This document shows, one piece after another, positions 42,732 through 52,513 of a DNA stretch of 64,000 bases. Under the pieces are notes generated by a model. The model was not told where the DNA came from. It did no database searches and saw only the letters and a program-made list of their open reading frames with translations. The stretch spans positions 49,063-113,062 of the forward strand of contig CAXTYC010000016.1 of assembly GCA_964248365.1 (NCBI GenBank). Direction: 5' to 3'. Origin of the DNA: an uncultured Chroococcidiopsis sp. (lineage in GTDB: Bacteria > Cyanobacteriota > Cyanobacteriia > Cyanobacteriales > Chroococcidiopsidaceae). Within the stretch, counting starts at the first letter, position 1. Each line of letters opens with the position of its first letter. The position numbers and the translations under genes were made by a program.

Positions 42732-43922
42732 GTGGAGCTACGCCGTCTTTTTATTCCTTTTTTTGACCCTTCAGTGTCTCAATGGGGTATTCTAGCTCGG
42801 TTGTTGCGCTGGATGACCTTTCTTTGGCTATTTGTAGGGTTAGCAATTTTGTTTTCTGCCTCCTATCCCGTTAGTGCATTGAGTAATGCATACGGTGGCG
42901 ATGGGCTGTACTACTTCAAGCGTCAACTGTGCTGGGTTTTGGTTGGCTTAATCGGATTTAACTTCGTAGTGCATTACCCTTTGCGTCATGTTTTGGGTGT
43001 AGCTCAATGGTTCGTGCTAGGACTTTTAGGCTTAATCTTTATGATCAGGCTTGACGGTGTGGGAGTAACTACCAATGGTTCAGAGCGCTGGCTGGCGCTA
43101 GGTCCGGTACAAATCCAACCATCAGAGTTAATCAAGCCGTTTTTGGTGCTACAGAGCGCTCGGATTTTTGGTCAGTGGCAAAGAATGCGCTGGAACGTCC
43201 GTCTTTCTTGGCTGTTAATTTTTGCGCTTGTACTGTTGGGGATTTTGATCCAGCCCAACTTAAGTATGACAGCACTATGCGGTATCACCCTTTGGCTAGT
43301 GGCACTAGCAGCAGGCTTACGCTTTCGTTACTTACTGCTAACTGCCGCCAGTGGGATGCTTTTAGCATCCGTGAGCCTACAACCGTTCCAAAAGCTGCGA
43401 ATTATGTCTTTTCTTGATCCTTGGAAATATCGAGCCGGAAGTGGATACCAGCTGGTAGAAAGCTTGTTAGCGGTTGGTTCTGGTGGCACTTGGGGAAGTG
43501 GATACGGATTATCAAACCAAAAGTTGTTTTACTTACCGTTTCAGGACACTGATTTTATTTTTGCGATATTTGCAGAAGAGTTTGGCTTGATTGGTGGTTT
43601 ACTACTGTTATTGATGTTACTGGTTTACGCTACACTGGCTTTGCTGGTGGCATTTAACGCTCGCAACGCGGTTCACCGACTTGTAGCAGTTGGGGCAATG
43701 GTTTTGATGGTAGGACAGTCGCTGCTAAATATAGGTGTGGCTACGGGCGCTCTTCCTACTACGGGTTTACCCTTCCCTCTGATTAGTTATGGTGGCAGCT
43801 CAATGCTTAGTAGCTTGTTTGTGGCGGCGCTGTTGATTCGTGTGGCAAGAGAAAGTACTGGCGCACAGGTAGTTTCGTTTCAGGAACGTAGTCAAGGAAA
43901 GGGGCAGAGTAACTCAGTTTAG
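42732..43922 (+). CDS. ftsW: SEDS peptidoglycan polymerase FtsW
   Basis: NGSERW, QPSELIK, QPNLS, GSGG.WG.GYG.S.QK, TDFIFA..AEEFG, TGLPFPLISYGGSS. Confidence 0.93.
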   Translation: MELRRLFIPFFDPSVSQWGILARLLRWMTFLWLFVGLAILFSASYPVSALSNAYGGDGLYYFKRQLCWVLVGLIGFNFVVHYPLRHVLGVAQWFVLGLLGLIFMIRLDGVGVTTNGSERWLALGPVQIQPSELIKPFLVLQSARIFGQWQRMRWNVRLSWLLIFALVLLGILIQPNLSMTALCGITLWLVALAAGLRFRYLLLTAASGMLLASVSLQPFQKLRIMSFLDPWKYRAGSGYQLVESLLAVGSGGTWGSGYGLSNQKLFYLPFQDTDFIFAIFAEEFGLIGGLLLLLMLLVYATLALLVAFNARNAVHRLVAVGAMVLMVGQSLLNIGVATGALPTTGLPFPLISYGGSSMLSSLFVAALLIRVARESTGAQVVSFQERSQGKGQSNSV

Positions 43923-44076
43923 TAGAGGTTGTCTAATGTCAAGATTAAGCCCTAGCCCTAGAGAGGGCTTTTGTCCAAACTACAAGGAATTATCTACAAG
44001 AGTGTTTAGAAGAACGGTTGTACAGGCTGTAGTGCGATCGCGCTTGTAATGTCTATTGATTATTATTGTACGCTGC

Positions 44077-44406
44077 TCAATGAGACTCAACGCGATCGCC
44101 ACTTTGCAAAAAGCCCATACCTGCCACAATCAAACTTACGCCGATGAAATTTGTCCAAGAATAATTTTCTTGAAAAAGAAACACACCAAATAAAAACGCT
44201 AAAACTGATTCAAGACCAAGTACGATTACATACGTAACGCCAAGAGCAGACTTACGCATAGCAATGGTTTGTATGCTTGCTCCTGCTATAAAGAAAATAT
44301 ATACTAACAAGCTGGGAATTAGCTCGGATAACCCTTGCGACAGTTTCATAAAGATACCGCCAACGGTAAACAAAATTGCTGATAACAGAACCATTAATAA
44401 ATACAT
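44077..44406 (-). CDS. SMR/DMT family small membrane transporter
   Basis: Four TM helices, MKLSQG, LGVTY...LGLE, G..LIVAG. Confidence 0.8.
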   Translation of the reverse strand: MYLLMVLLSAILFTVGGIFMKLSQGLSELIPSLLVYIFFIAGASIQTIAMRKSALGVTYVIVLGLESVLAFLFGVFLFQENYSWTNFIGVSLIVAGMGFLQSGDRVESH

Positions 44407-44858
44407 AACTAAATTGGTGTTGGTTTTGTAGATATTTAAGGCACTATTGACTGACTATTAATCTAAAAATCAATAGTTGCCTAATATTGAAGTGGAATGC
44501 TCTAAAAAATAAATCTACTTTTAGTTAGGTTTTAGCTTATTCCTTGCTTTGTAATCTCGATTTCTCAGCACTATATTGGTAGCAAGCGCAAATGTTGCCC
44601 ACTGCATTGACATTTGCTTTTGTTATGCAGTCACAGTTGTAGATACATTTATGCATTTTCTAGTCATATTTATAATCTTCACAAGATTAATTTCTATTAA
44701 AGAAACTGGGGCTATTAATATAGATTATTCTTATGATATCTATTAGACATCCGCAACTTCACTGAAGATTTTACCTGGCAGTATTTGGATTTAATTAATC
44801 TTTGTGAAAATGTGTTTTATCAAATTAAGTTTTTTGCCATACCTAGATATTTACCGTA

Positions 44859-45130
44859 TTAAGTAGTTACACTTAAAATTAGATAAATATAAAATAAATA
44901 TAAAATTAAGGCACAATTACATTGCGACAAAAGTTAAGTAAAAATAAAGAAGTTGTGATTTTTATTAGAGGAAGTTACTGAAAACAGCCTGCCATCTTAA
45001 GTAGTTACACTTAAAGATAAATATAAAATAAATATAAAATTAAGGCAGCAGTTACATTGCGACAAAAGTTAAGTAAAAATAAAGAAGTTGTGATTTTTAT
45101 TAGAGGAAATTACTGAAAACAGCCTGCCAT
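44859..45130. repeat. Tandem duplication of an AT-rich segment of about 135 bp
   Basis: TTAAGTAGTTACACTTAA...GAAAACAGCCTGCCAT at 44859-44995 and 44997-45130. Confidence 0.9.
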
Positions 45131-45359
45131 AAACTATCAGATGGTTTCCAGAGGATAAATCCCTGTTCTGGAATTCTGCCTCTAAGCTGCTTACAAGCGG
45201 GAATATAGCAGGAAATACGCACAATGCCGATAATTGAAAGCTCAAGCACCTAATTGAATAGAACAGCAAAAGACAAGTTGCAGCTTTTGGAACGGTTCGC
45301 CCTAAACTTTGTGTAAGCTAAAATTCAAGCATAGATAGCATTTCTAAGACTCGCAGCCC

Positions 45360-46097
45360 ATGCTCGAAATACAAACACAAGTTTACAAAGTCGAATCTTT
45401 TGCTAATCACCTAGTCTCAAATCAGCTAACGCATTTAAGCTGGGTCAGTATTTGCATCATCTTTGTAGCTGGGTTGCTTACCAGTTTAACTCCCTGTATG
45501 CTCTCGATGCTGCCGATTACGATTGGCTACATAGGAGGCTATGAAGCTAAAAGCCGACTAGGAGCAGCAATAGCATCAACCTGGTTCGCTTTGGGTTTAG
45601 CAACCACCTTGGCTGGTTTGGGAATAGTGGCTGCATTTGTAGGACAAGTCTACGGTCAAGTGGGAATTGGCTTGCCTATTATCGTCAGCATTGTGGCTAT
45701 TCTCATGGGGCTGAACTTACTCGAAGCCTTGCCTTTCCAGTTTCCATCCTTTAGCGGCGGTCTGAATTGGTCTAAAGACTTACCAGAAGCTGTGCGGGCT
45801 TATCTAATCGGTCTAACTTTTGGTTTGGTTGCTTCCCCGTGTAGTACACCAGTTTTGGCAACATTACTCGCTTGGGTGGCGACGACAAAAAATATGGTTT
45901 TAGCTTGTGTGTTATTACTGTCCTACACAGGCGGCTACGTGACACCACTAATATTAGCTGGTACTTTTACCGCTACCATCAAGAAATTACTAGAGTTACG
46001 TCGGTGGTCTGGTTGGATTACTCCAGTCAGTGGAGCGCTTTTAGTCGGATTTGGTGTGTTTTCCTTGCTGTTTCGGATTCCAGTAGGAAGTTTTTAA
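45360..46097 (+). CDS. ccdA: Cytochrome c biogenesis thiol-disulfide transporter CcdA
   Basis: [11 protein letters not shown] and ASPCSTPVL Cys motifs. Confidence 0.95.
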   Translation: MLEIQTQVYKVESFANHLVSNQLTHLSWVSICIIFVAGLLTSLTPCMLSMLPITIGYIGGYEAKSRLGAAIASTWFALGLATTLAGLGIVAAFVGQVYGQVGIGLPIIVSIVAILMGLNLLEALPFQFPSFSGGLNWSKDLPEAVRAYLIGLTFGLVASPCSTPVLATLLAWVATTKNMVLACVLLLSYTGGYVTPLILAGTFTATIKKLLELRRWSGWITPVSGALLVGFGVFSLLFRIPVGSF

Positions 46098-46101
46098 GCA
46101 A

Positions 46102-47505
46102 ATGACTATAGAAAACTCGAATCAACAGTCACTGTTGTTAGTTATTAGGCAATTCTGGCGGCGAGAGTTGTTGCCATTACTAATAGATTTACGCTTGGCG
46201 ATTTTGCTGTTGCTAGCGATCGCCTTATTGAGTATATCTGGTACAGTGATTGAGCAAGGACAATCTGTTGCCTTCTATCAAGCAAACTACCCAGAACATC
46301 CAGCCCTCTTCGGCTTCCTTACCTGGAAAGTACTGCTAAGTATAGGATTGGATCATGTCTACCGTACCTGGTGGTTTCTGGCACTACTGATCTTATTTGC
46401 TTCTAGTTTGACTGCTTGCACCTTTAAACGCCAGCTACCAGCACTCAAATGGTTTTCACGTACGTGGAATTTCTACAGCAAACCCCGCCAGTTTCAAAAG
46501 TTGGCGCTGAGTGCTGAACTAGATAAAGGTTCTCTCTCATCCCTGACGCAGCTTTTACAACAACGACGCTACCGCGTATTTGAGGGCGAAAATAATACTT
46601 TGTACGCCCGTAAAGGCATAGTCGGACGTATTGGTCCTATCATCGTTCATTTAGGCATTTTAATTATTCTGGTTGGGGCAATTTGGGGAACCATGACAGG
46701 CTTTATGGCTCAGGAAATGGTCGCCAGTGGAGAAAATTTTCAAGTTCACAATATTGTAGATGCAGGTCCCTGGGCTTCCCCCCAAGTTAAGCGCGATTGG
46801 TCTATGCGGGTAAATCGGTTTTGGATCGACTATACATCAACAGGAGACATCAATCAGTTTTACTCAGATTTATCGGTTTTGGATCAGCAGGGACAAGAGG
46901 TTAAACGCAAAACAATTTTCGTAAATGAGCCTTTGCGTTATCGGGGTGTGACTTTTTATCAAACTGATTGGGGAATTGCGGCGATTCGCATCCAAATCAA
47001 TAAAAGTCCGATTCTACAATTACCGATGGCTCAGTTAAATACTAACGGCAAGGGACGTTTGTGGGGAACCTGGATTCCGACTAAAACAGATTTAAGTGAG
47101 GGTGTTTCCCTATTAGCCAAAGATTTACAGGGAATGCTGTTAATCTATGATGCCAAAGGACAGCTAGTGGATACCCTGCGCCCTGGAATGGCTACAGATA
47201 TCAATGGGGTGACGCTGAAAATTGTGGAGGTAGTGGGTAGCACTGGCTTGCAAATCAAAGCTGATCCAGGTATTCCGATTGTTTATGCTGGCTTTGGTTT
47301 ACTGATGCTGGGCGTAGTGATGAGCTATGTTTCCCACTCACAAATTTGGGCGCTGCAACAAGACGGGCATTTCTACATAGGTGGGAAAACTAATCGAGCG
47401 CAGGTAGCCTTTGAGCGAGAATTTATCGAGGTTTTGAAGCAAATTAGCAATCCGTTGGATGAAGACGAGGTGGCGATCGCAAAGACACAATCTGTTGCTA
47501 GTTGA
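46102..47505 (+). CDS. ccs1: Cytochrome c biogenesis protein Ccs1/CcsB (ResB family)
   Basis: [45 protein letters not shown]. Confidence 0.95.
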   Translation: MTIENSNQQSLLLVIRQFWRRELLPLLIDLRLAILLLLAIALLSISGTVIEQGQSVAFYQANYPEHPALFGFLTWKVLLSIGLDHVYRTWWFLALLILFASSLTACTFKRQLPALKWFSRTWNFYSKPRQFQKLALSAELDKGSLSSLTQLLQQRRYRVFEGENNTLYARKGIVGRIGPIIVHLGILIILVGAIWGTMTGFMAQEMVASGENFQVHNIVDAGPWASPQVKRDWSMRVNRFWIDYTSTGDINQFYSDLSVLDQQGQEVKRKTIFVNEPLRYRGVTFYQTDWGIAAIRIQINKSPILQLPMAQLNTNGKGRLWGTWIPTKTDLSEGVSLLAKDLQGMLLIYDAKGQLVDTLRPGMATDINGVTLKIVEVVGSTGLQIKADPGIPIVYAGFGLLMLGVVMSYVSHSQIWALQQDGHFYIGGKTNRAQVAFEREFIEVLKQISNPLDEDEVAIAKTQSVAS

Positions 47506-47513
47506 ATAATTTT

Positions 47514-47656
47514 GGTGCGTTTCTTTGGACTAACGCGCTGGTTGAATACTTTGGTGCGTTACGCTTTGGGCTAACGCACCCTACGTGTTATGGTAAGGGC
47601 GGGTTTAATTAAATTGTTCCTAGTGGCACAAGTGTTTCTCGTAAACCCGCCCCTAC
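47514..47656. repeat. Cluster of REP-like palindromes
   Basis: GGTGCGTT...TAACGCACC units, then GGGCGGGTTTA...TAAACCCGCCCCTAC overlapping the queF stop. Confidence 0.7.
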
Positions 47657-48081
47657 TTTTGGTGACGTACTTCAATTACTGTATGGACGTTGCCACGCGG
47701 GGTAAAATCTCCTTTAATATAAACTTCTAAGGGGTCACAAGCAGCAACAAAGTCATCTAAAATTTGATTGACTGATTCCTCGTGGGAGATATAGCGATCG
47801 CGGTAGCTATTGATGTAAAGTTTGATCGCCTTCAGTTCTATCACGCGCTGATCTGGAACATAGGTAATGTGAATCGTCGCAAAGTCAGGATAGCCAGAAA
47901 AAGGACACTTACAAGTAAATTCTGGCAATGTAATGTGAATATCGTAACGCCTTCCGACACGGGGATTGGGAAATGTAATCAGTTGCCCTTCGGCAATCTG
48001 ACGTTCACCATACTTCATTTGAGTGCCAGAAGGGGAGTCTGATTCAAAAGATGACGATGGCAAAGATGGAGAATTATTCAT
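47653..48081 (-). CDS. queF: preQ1 synthase (7-cyano-7-deazaguanine reductase, type I)
   Basis: PEFTCKCPFSGYPDFA, ELKAIKLY, SHEE, PRGN. Confidence 0.96.
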   Translation of the reverse strand: MNNSPSLPSSSFESDSPSGTQMKYGERQIAEGQLITFPNPRVGRRYDIHITLPEFTCKCPFSGYPDFATIHITYVPDQRVIELKAIKLYINSYRDRYISHEESVNQILDDFVAACDPLEVYIKGDFTPRGNVHTVIEVRHQK

Positions 48082-48113
48082 CTTCGGATTAAAAAACGCC
48101 CATTACGTCTTTA

Positions 48114-48524
48114 CTAAAAAAAGTATTCTTCCTTTTCCCAGTCTGGGCAATGTTCATCATCCCAACCATAGGGATGCATAGCACAGACTAAAAGATTACC
48201 ACTGTAAACTTGCCCGTGATAGTTGCGGCAACCAATACACGCTGGATGTTTTTCTGCCGTAGGATCTACCATATAAGGCAAAGCTTGCGAATCAACATCG
48301 CCTACGATATCTTCCAGATCCCAATAAGCGTCTAAAAATGGTTCAGTTATCTCATTTAAATACTGCTCAATGTCAGTAGCAATGGTATCCTGAATTTGCT
48401 GTGTAATTTCTTCGGAAAAGTCAAATAGCGTTTCTACTGTTTCATTGACTCCCTGGAAGAACTTATCTACTTCATCCGCCACTGTTTCTAGGATTTCAAA
48501 AAAATCTTTTTGCCACTTTTCCAT
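48114..48524 (-). CDS. Conserved cyanobacterial protein with C-terminal Cys cluster
   Basis: HPACIGC.NYHG..Y.GNLLVCAMHPYG....CPDW. Confidence 0.8.
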   Translation of the reverse strand: MEKWQKDFFEILETVADEVDKFFQGVNETVETLFDFSEEITQQIQDTIATDIEQYLNEITEPFLDAYWDLEDIVGDVDSQALPYMVDPTAEKHPACIGCRNYHGQVYSGNLLVCAMHPYGWDDEHCPDWEKEEYFF

Positions 48525-48700
48525 ACGCTTCTAAGCGTTTATTTGCTATAATTAAGGTTTTTACAGTCGCAGCAATTGGGATAGCTAACGCTTCGTGACT
48601 AATTTCTATTTATATATCCCAACAAGTTGAATTGCCCTATTTACGCACTAAATTGCAACCTAACTTAAATAAATGTCTAATCTTTGGCTGCTGTTATTTA

Positions 48701-49081
48701 CTATTCGCGCTGTAGTCGTTTTAGTTCTTCTTGTAGTTTTAACACCTGATCCCTGAGCTGATCTACATTATTTGATGGTGGCACAGAAGAATTTGGCTTA
48801 TCTTCGTCGTCAGAGAGAATTTCGATTCGGCGGGGTTCATTAGGAGTTTTATTGGTAGTTGACTCAGAAGTTGGTGGTTGTTGAGCTTGTTTCATTAAAT
48901 CATCGACGAAACGTTTACCCTCTTCAGTCGTCATCTCACCACGAGCAACCATTTCATCAGCCAGTTTTTGAGCTTGCGATCGCAGTTCTGCTAATTTCCC
49001 CCCTGCTTTCTCGCCTGCGTAAGAAGCTAATCCAACGCCGAGGTAAAACGCCTTTTGTACAATATCTCCAAAACCAGGCAT
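48701..49081 (-). CDS. Phasin-like coiled-coil protein
   Basis: KAFYLGVGLA, DEMVARGEMTTEE. Confidence 0.75.
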   Translation of the reverse strand: MPGFGDIVQKAFYLGVGLASYAGEKAGGKLAELRSQAQKLADEMVARGEMTTEEGKRFVDDLMKQAQQPPTSESTTNKTPNEPRRIEILSDDEDKPNSSVPPSNNVDQLRDQVLKLQEELKRLQRE

Positions 49082-49105
49082 GGCTGCAAATGCTCCCTCA
49101 AACTA

Positions 49106-49202
49106 GGCGACCCGGAGACCACGCCTATCTCAAGCGTCCCGTATTGCTGCTACCTTCCGGTCCTGACAAGATTTGGGCGTTGCGATCGCGCAGATCCAGG
49201 TC
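49106..49202 (-). ncRNA. ffs: Signal recognition particle RNA (small SRP, 4.5S)
   Basis: Minus strand carries TCAGGACCGGAAGGTAGCAGC (domain IV), pairing termini, and a TATAGT -10 just upstream. Confidence 0.93.
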
Positions 49203-49338
49203 TAGTTACACTATAACATTTTTCAATCAATATTGGTAATGGGTAAAGGGAGTAGGGAGTAGGGGGAGATACCAACTACCAACTACCAACTACCAAAAAA
49301 CTGAGGAGTATAGCATGAACGGGAGTTGCTAAATTATC

Positions 49339-49605
49339 CTATTCCACAACCACACGCCATTCGTATAGTTCGTAGTTAACGCAGCTGTTTTGTACCAAGG
49401 GATCTTTAGCTACAAGTGCTTGCGCTTCATCCATTGAATCAGCCTTAAACAACATCATACCGCCACCCCGACAGCCCCAGTAGCCGCTACGTGCTTGGTG
49501 TCCTGTGGCGATTAGTTCCTGTACGTATGCTTTATGTTCTGGCACAAAAGAATCAAAGATAGGCTTTTCTACTATGCCTTTCTCAATCTTGACAAACCAA
49601 GGCAT
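49339..49605 (-). CDS. YciI family protein
   Basis: H..YV, GGGMMLF.A.S..EA......DP. Confidence 0.85.
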   Translation of the reverse strand: MPWFVKIEKGIVEKPIFDSFVPEHKAYVQELIATGHQARSGYWGCRGGGMMLFKADSMDEAQALVAKDPLVQNSCVNYELYEWRVVVE

Positions 49606-49687
49606 TTACCCAAATCCTCTAAACTTAACAATAGTATTTTTAACTGCGATCGCTATTTTTTAGATTCGTATTTACCACGAAACTACT

Positions 49688-50239
49688 TTGAATAAAGAAA
49701 CCAGCTTGTTCTTCATCGCACTGCTACCACCTCCTGAGATTCAAGATTACGTCACCCAGATTAAACAAGATTTTGCCAATCGCTATGCTAGCCGTGCTGC
49801 TTTGAAATCTCCACCGCACATTACTTTACAACCACCGTTTGAATGGGCAGCGAATATCTCGACCCTAGAAGAATCCATCAAAACCTTTGCCAGTGGTAGA
49901 GAGTCAGTACCAATCGCACTCGAAGGGTTTGCCGCCTTTCCACCTCGCGTTATTTATGTCAATGTCCTCAAAACGCAGGAATTGCTAGCTTTACAAGCTG
50001 ATTTGATGGTACAGATGAAATTGCTAGGAATTGTTGACTCGGTTTCTAAAACCCGTCCATTTGCGCCTCACATGACAGTTGCATTTCGGGACTTAACCAA
50101 ACAGAACTTTAGGACAGCATGGACAGAATTTCAGCACTTGCCCTTACATTTCGAGTTTACAGCTACCCACTTGACATTACTGCTACATGATGGTGGTAAG
50201 AGATGGAATGTCAGCGTAGAGTTTCCTTTTGTGCCTTAA
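49688..50239 (+). CDS. 2H phosphoesterase / 2'-5' RNA ligase family protein
   Basis: Two HxT motifs: PHITL and PHMTVA. Confidence 0.9.
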   Translation: MNKETSLFFIALLPPPEIQDYVTQIKQDFANRYASRAALKSPPHITLQPPFEWAANISTLEESIKTFASGRESVPIALEGFAAFPPRVIYVNVLKTQELLALQADLMVQMKLLGIVDSVSKTRPFAPHMTVAFRDLTKQNFRTAWTEFQHLPLHFEFTATHLTLLLHDGGKRWNVSVEFPFVP

Positions 50240-50357
50240 AGCAGCAAAACGAAGTGACTAGTGGCTGGTGGCTAGTGGCTAGAGAATAATTTTGCTCTAC
50301 ACTCTCCCCTGCCCCTTGCGCCCCTTGCGCCCCTCTCCTGACTACTCAGTTATTTAG

Positions 50358-51170
50358 TTACAGAAAAACTCGGTGTTGCAGGGAAGGCATTTGACGGCGG
50401 ACTTGTTCTAAGCGAAGTGGGTTAATTTGGGCTAGAGCCACTCCTGGTTTTTCACCAGCATCAGCAATAATCACTCCCCAAGGGTCAATAATTACCGCAT
50501 GACCGTGAGAATGCCGTAAAGCATAGTGTTGACCAGTCTGCGCTGGAGCAATCACATAGCAAGTATTTTCAATTGCTCTTGCTTGAAGCAGCACTTGCCA
50601 ATGGTCTTTGCCAGTATAAGCAGTAAAAGCAGCTGGCACAAACAGAATATCGGCTCCCTTGTAAGCTAAATGACGGTAAAGTTCAGGGAAGCGGACATCG
50701 TAGCAAATTGAGAGCCCTAAATTACCTAGTTCGGCACTGGGGTAGACTGTGGGCAACTGTGTACCCGCCATGACAGTGCTAGATTCTTGATAAGTGTTAC
50801 CGTCAGGCAAGTTGACATCGAATAAATGTACTTTTTGGTAACGAGCGAGTTCTTGTCCATTAGGACCAATCAATAAGGCAGTGTTGTAAACTCTAGTGTT
50901 ATCTACGGGGACTGGAAAGCCACCACCTAGAATTGTCACCTGAAATCGCTGAGCCATCGTTTTGAGGAATTTTTCACTTGCAGATGCGATCGCCCCGCCA
51001 GAGGCTATCTTTTCTACCTCTTGCCCCAAAAACGAGAAGTTTTCTGGCAAGGTTACTAACTCAGCCCCTTGACGCACGGCAAGTTCGATCAGTTCTTCCG
51101 CCTGAACTAGGTTTTTTTCTAGGTTAGGCAAGCTAGTCATTTGAATGGCAGCGGCGAGATAAGATTTCAT
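50358..51170 (-). CDS. Carbon-nitrogen hydrolase (Nit1-like deaminated glutathione amidase)
   Basis: LPENF, YQKVHLFDV, ICYDVRFPE, ARAIEN catalytic E-K-C. Confidence 0.9.
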   Translation of the reverse strand: MKSYLAAAIQMTSLPNLEKNLVQAEELIELAVRQGAELVTLPENFSFLGQEVEKIASGGAIASASEKFLKTMAQRFQVTILGGGFPVPVDNTRVYNTALLIGPNGQELARYQKVHLFDVNLPDGNTYQESSTVMAGTQLPTVYPSAELGNLGLSICYDVRFPELYRHLAYKGADILFVPAAFTAYTGKDHWQVLLQARAIENTCYVIAPAQTGQHYALRHSHGHAVIIDPWGVIIADAGEKPGVALAQINPLRLEQVRRQMPSLQHRVFL

Positions 51171-51374
51171 ATATTGTGCTGAAATTATCTAGATAGATGA
51201 TTAAAAATATCTTTCAGGAAGAAAGATGAAGTAAGTTGAATTGCCATTTAGAGCAGATTAACACCTAATTATGCTTAAATTCAAATCGAAAAACCAGTTG
51301 TAGATCGACCTCCAGATGTGGAAAGCGAGGGGCTACCCGCGTTACCCTGAAGAAAATAACTCCTCAATTTTCCT

Positions 51375-51968
51375 GTGGATGTCTCTGTTCTAATTAAAAC
51401 CTTTGTGGCTGTGTTTGTTTTAGCGGATGCCTTGGGTAATGCGCCGATTTTTTTAGTTTTGACTAAGGGCATGGAACTAGAGCAAAAAAACAGCGTAGTG
51501 GATCGAGCAAGTCTTGTTGCAACAGCCGTCCTGCTAGCATTCGCTTTTGGTGGTCAATGGATTTTAAAATACCTAGAGATTAGCATCGGCTCTTTGCGAG
51601 TAGCTGGAGGATTGCTACTGCTATTGATTGCCTTGCGGATGCTAGAGGGCGAACTAGACACACCGATAGTAGAACAGCAGAGGGATGTAGCAATTACTCC
51701 CCTTGCTTTGCCACTTTTAGCAGGACCTGGAACTCTAACTACAGTCATGTTATTGATGTCTGAGTCTCCTAATGCTCATCTTAGCGTGGTGGGTGGTATT
51801 GTTGCTGCTATGTTGGTAACTTGGTTTATTGTGCGACAATCGGCGCGAATTGACCATTGGCTAGGTGCAGAGGGTGCGGTGATTATTACTCAGCTTTTGG
51901 GGTTTTTGTTAGCGGCGTTGGCTGTAGAGATTGGTAGTACGGGAATTCGGGAATTGTTTTTAAGTTGA
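51375..51968 (+). CDS. MarC family membrane protein
   Basis: VAGGLLL, PLALPLLAGPG. Confidence 0.9.
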   Translation: MDVSVLIKTFVAVFVLADALGNAPIFLVLTKGMELEQKNSVVDRASLVATAVLLAFAFGGQWILKYLEISIGSLRVAGGLLLLLIALRMLEGELDTPIVEQQRDVAITPLALPLLAGPGTLTTVMLLMSESPNAHLSVVGGIVAAMLVTWFIVRQSARIDHWLGAEGAVIITQLLGFLLAALAVEIGSTGIRELFLS

Positions 51969-52513
51969 TGAGCATTAGATAAGAAGAAGAAAACGAACCG
52001 CAAAGACGCAAAGGACGCGAAGGAAGAGGGGAGGGCGTGAGCGTCTGGTGTTTTGCTATTTCGAGCTTGGAGGTTGATTATTGAATTTAGGATCTGGAAA
52101 TTTTTAGCCCAGCGCTTGAATGATGGGTTTTTGAGCTTTGAAGTGGGGATGGTTCTAAAGCTTATTGCCCTAATTGTGTTTTGTTGCATCCCGTCGCTTT
52201 GCACGCAGTAGGGAAAATCACTGCCCCAATAGATGTCTGGATTCTACTGTCAGTAGGCACTGTTTATGTTGAGTTGTATAAATAACTGCCCAACACATTT
52301 TCTGGTTTAGCTACAAAAATAAGTAAGAGCCGTGCATTAAAGGGCAATTTTGGGAACTCTACTACTAGTAGGCATGAAAAATTGCTTTGAAGGCTAACTG
52401 TCAATTTCACTGATAGAAGTTGGTGGCTAAAATTGCTTTGCCCCGCTGGAATAGTCTAATTGTCTACTTGTTTTAAGTGTGAACCATTGAAGCCGTTGCC
52501 AGGGATGCTAGGA

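Noticed and set aside
44856..44870. NtcA box
   Set aside because: GTA and TAC are separated by 9 nt, not 8.
48859..49239. 126-aa plus-strand ORF
   Set aside because: Antisense shadow of the phasin-like gene and ffs.
51890..52204. 104-aa minus-strand ORF
   Set aside because: Runs through a CGCAAAG-type repeat and overlaps marC; no coding signal.
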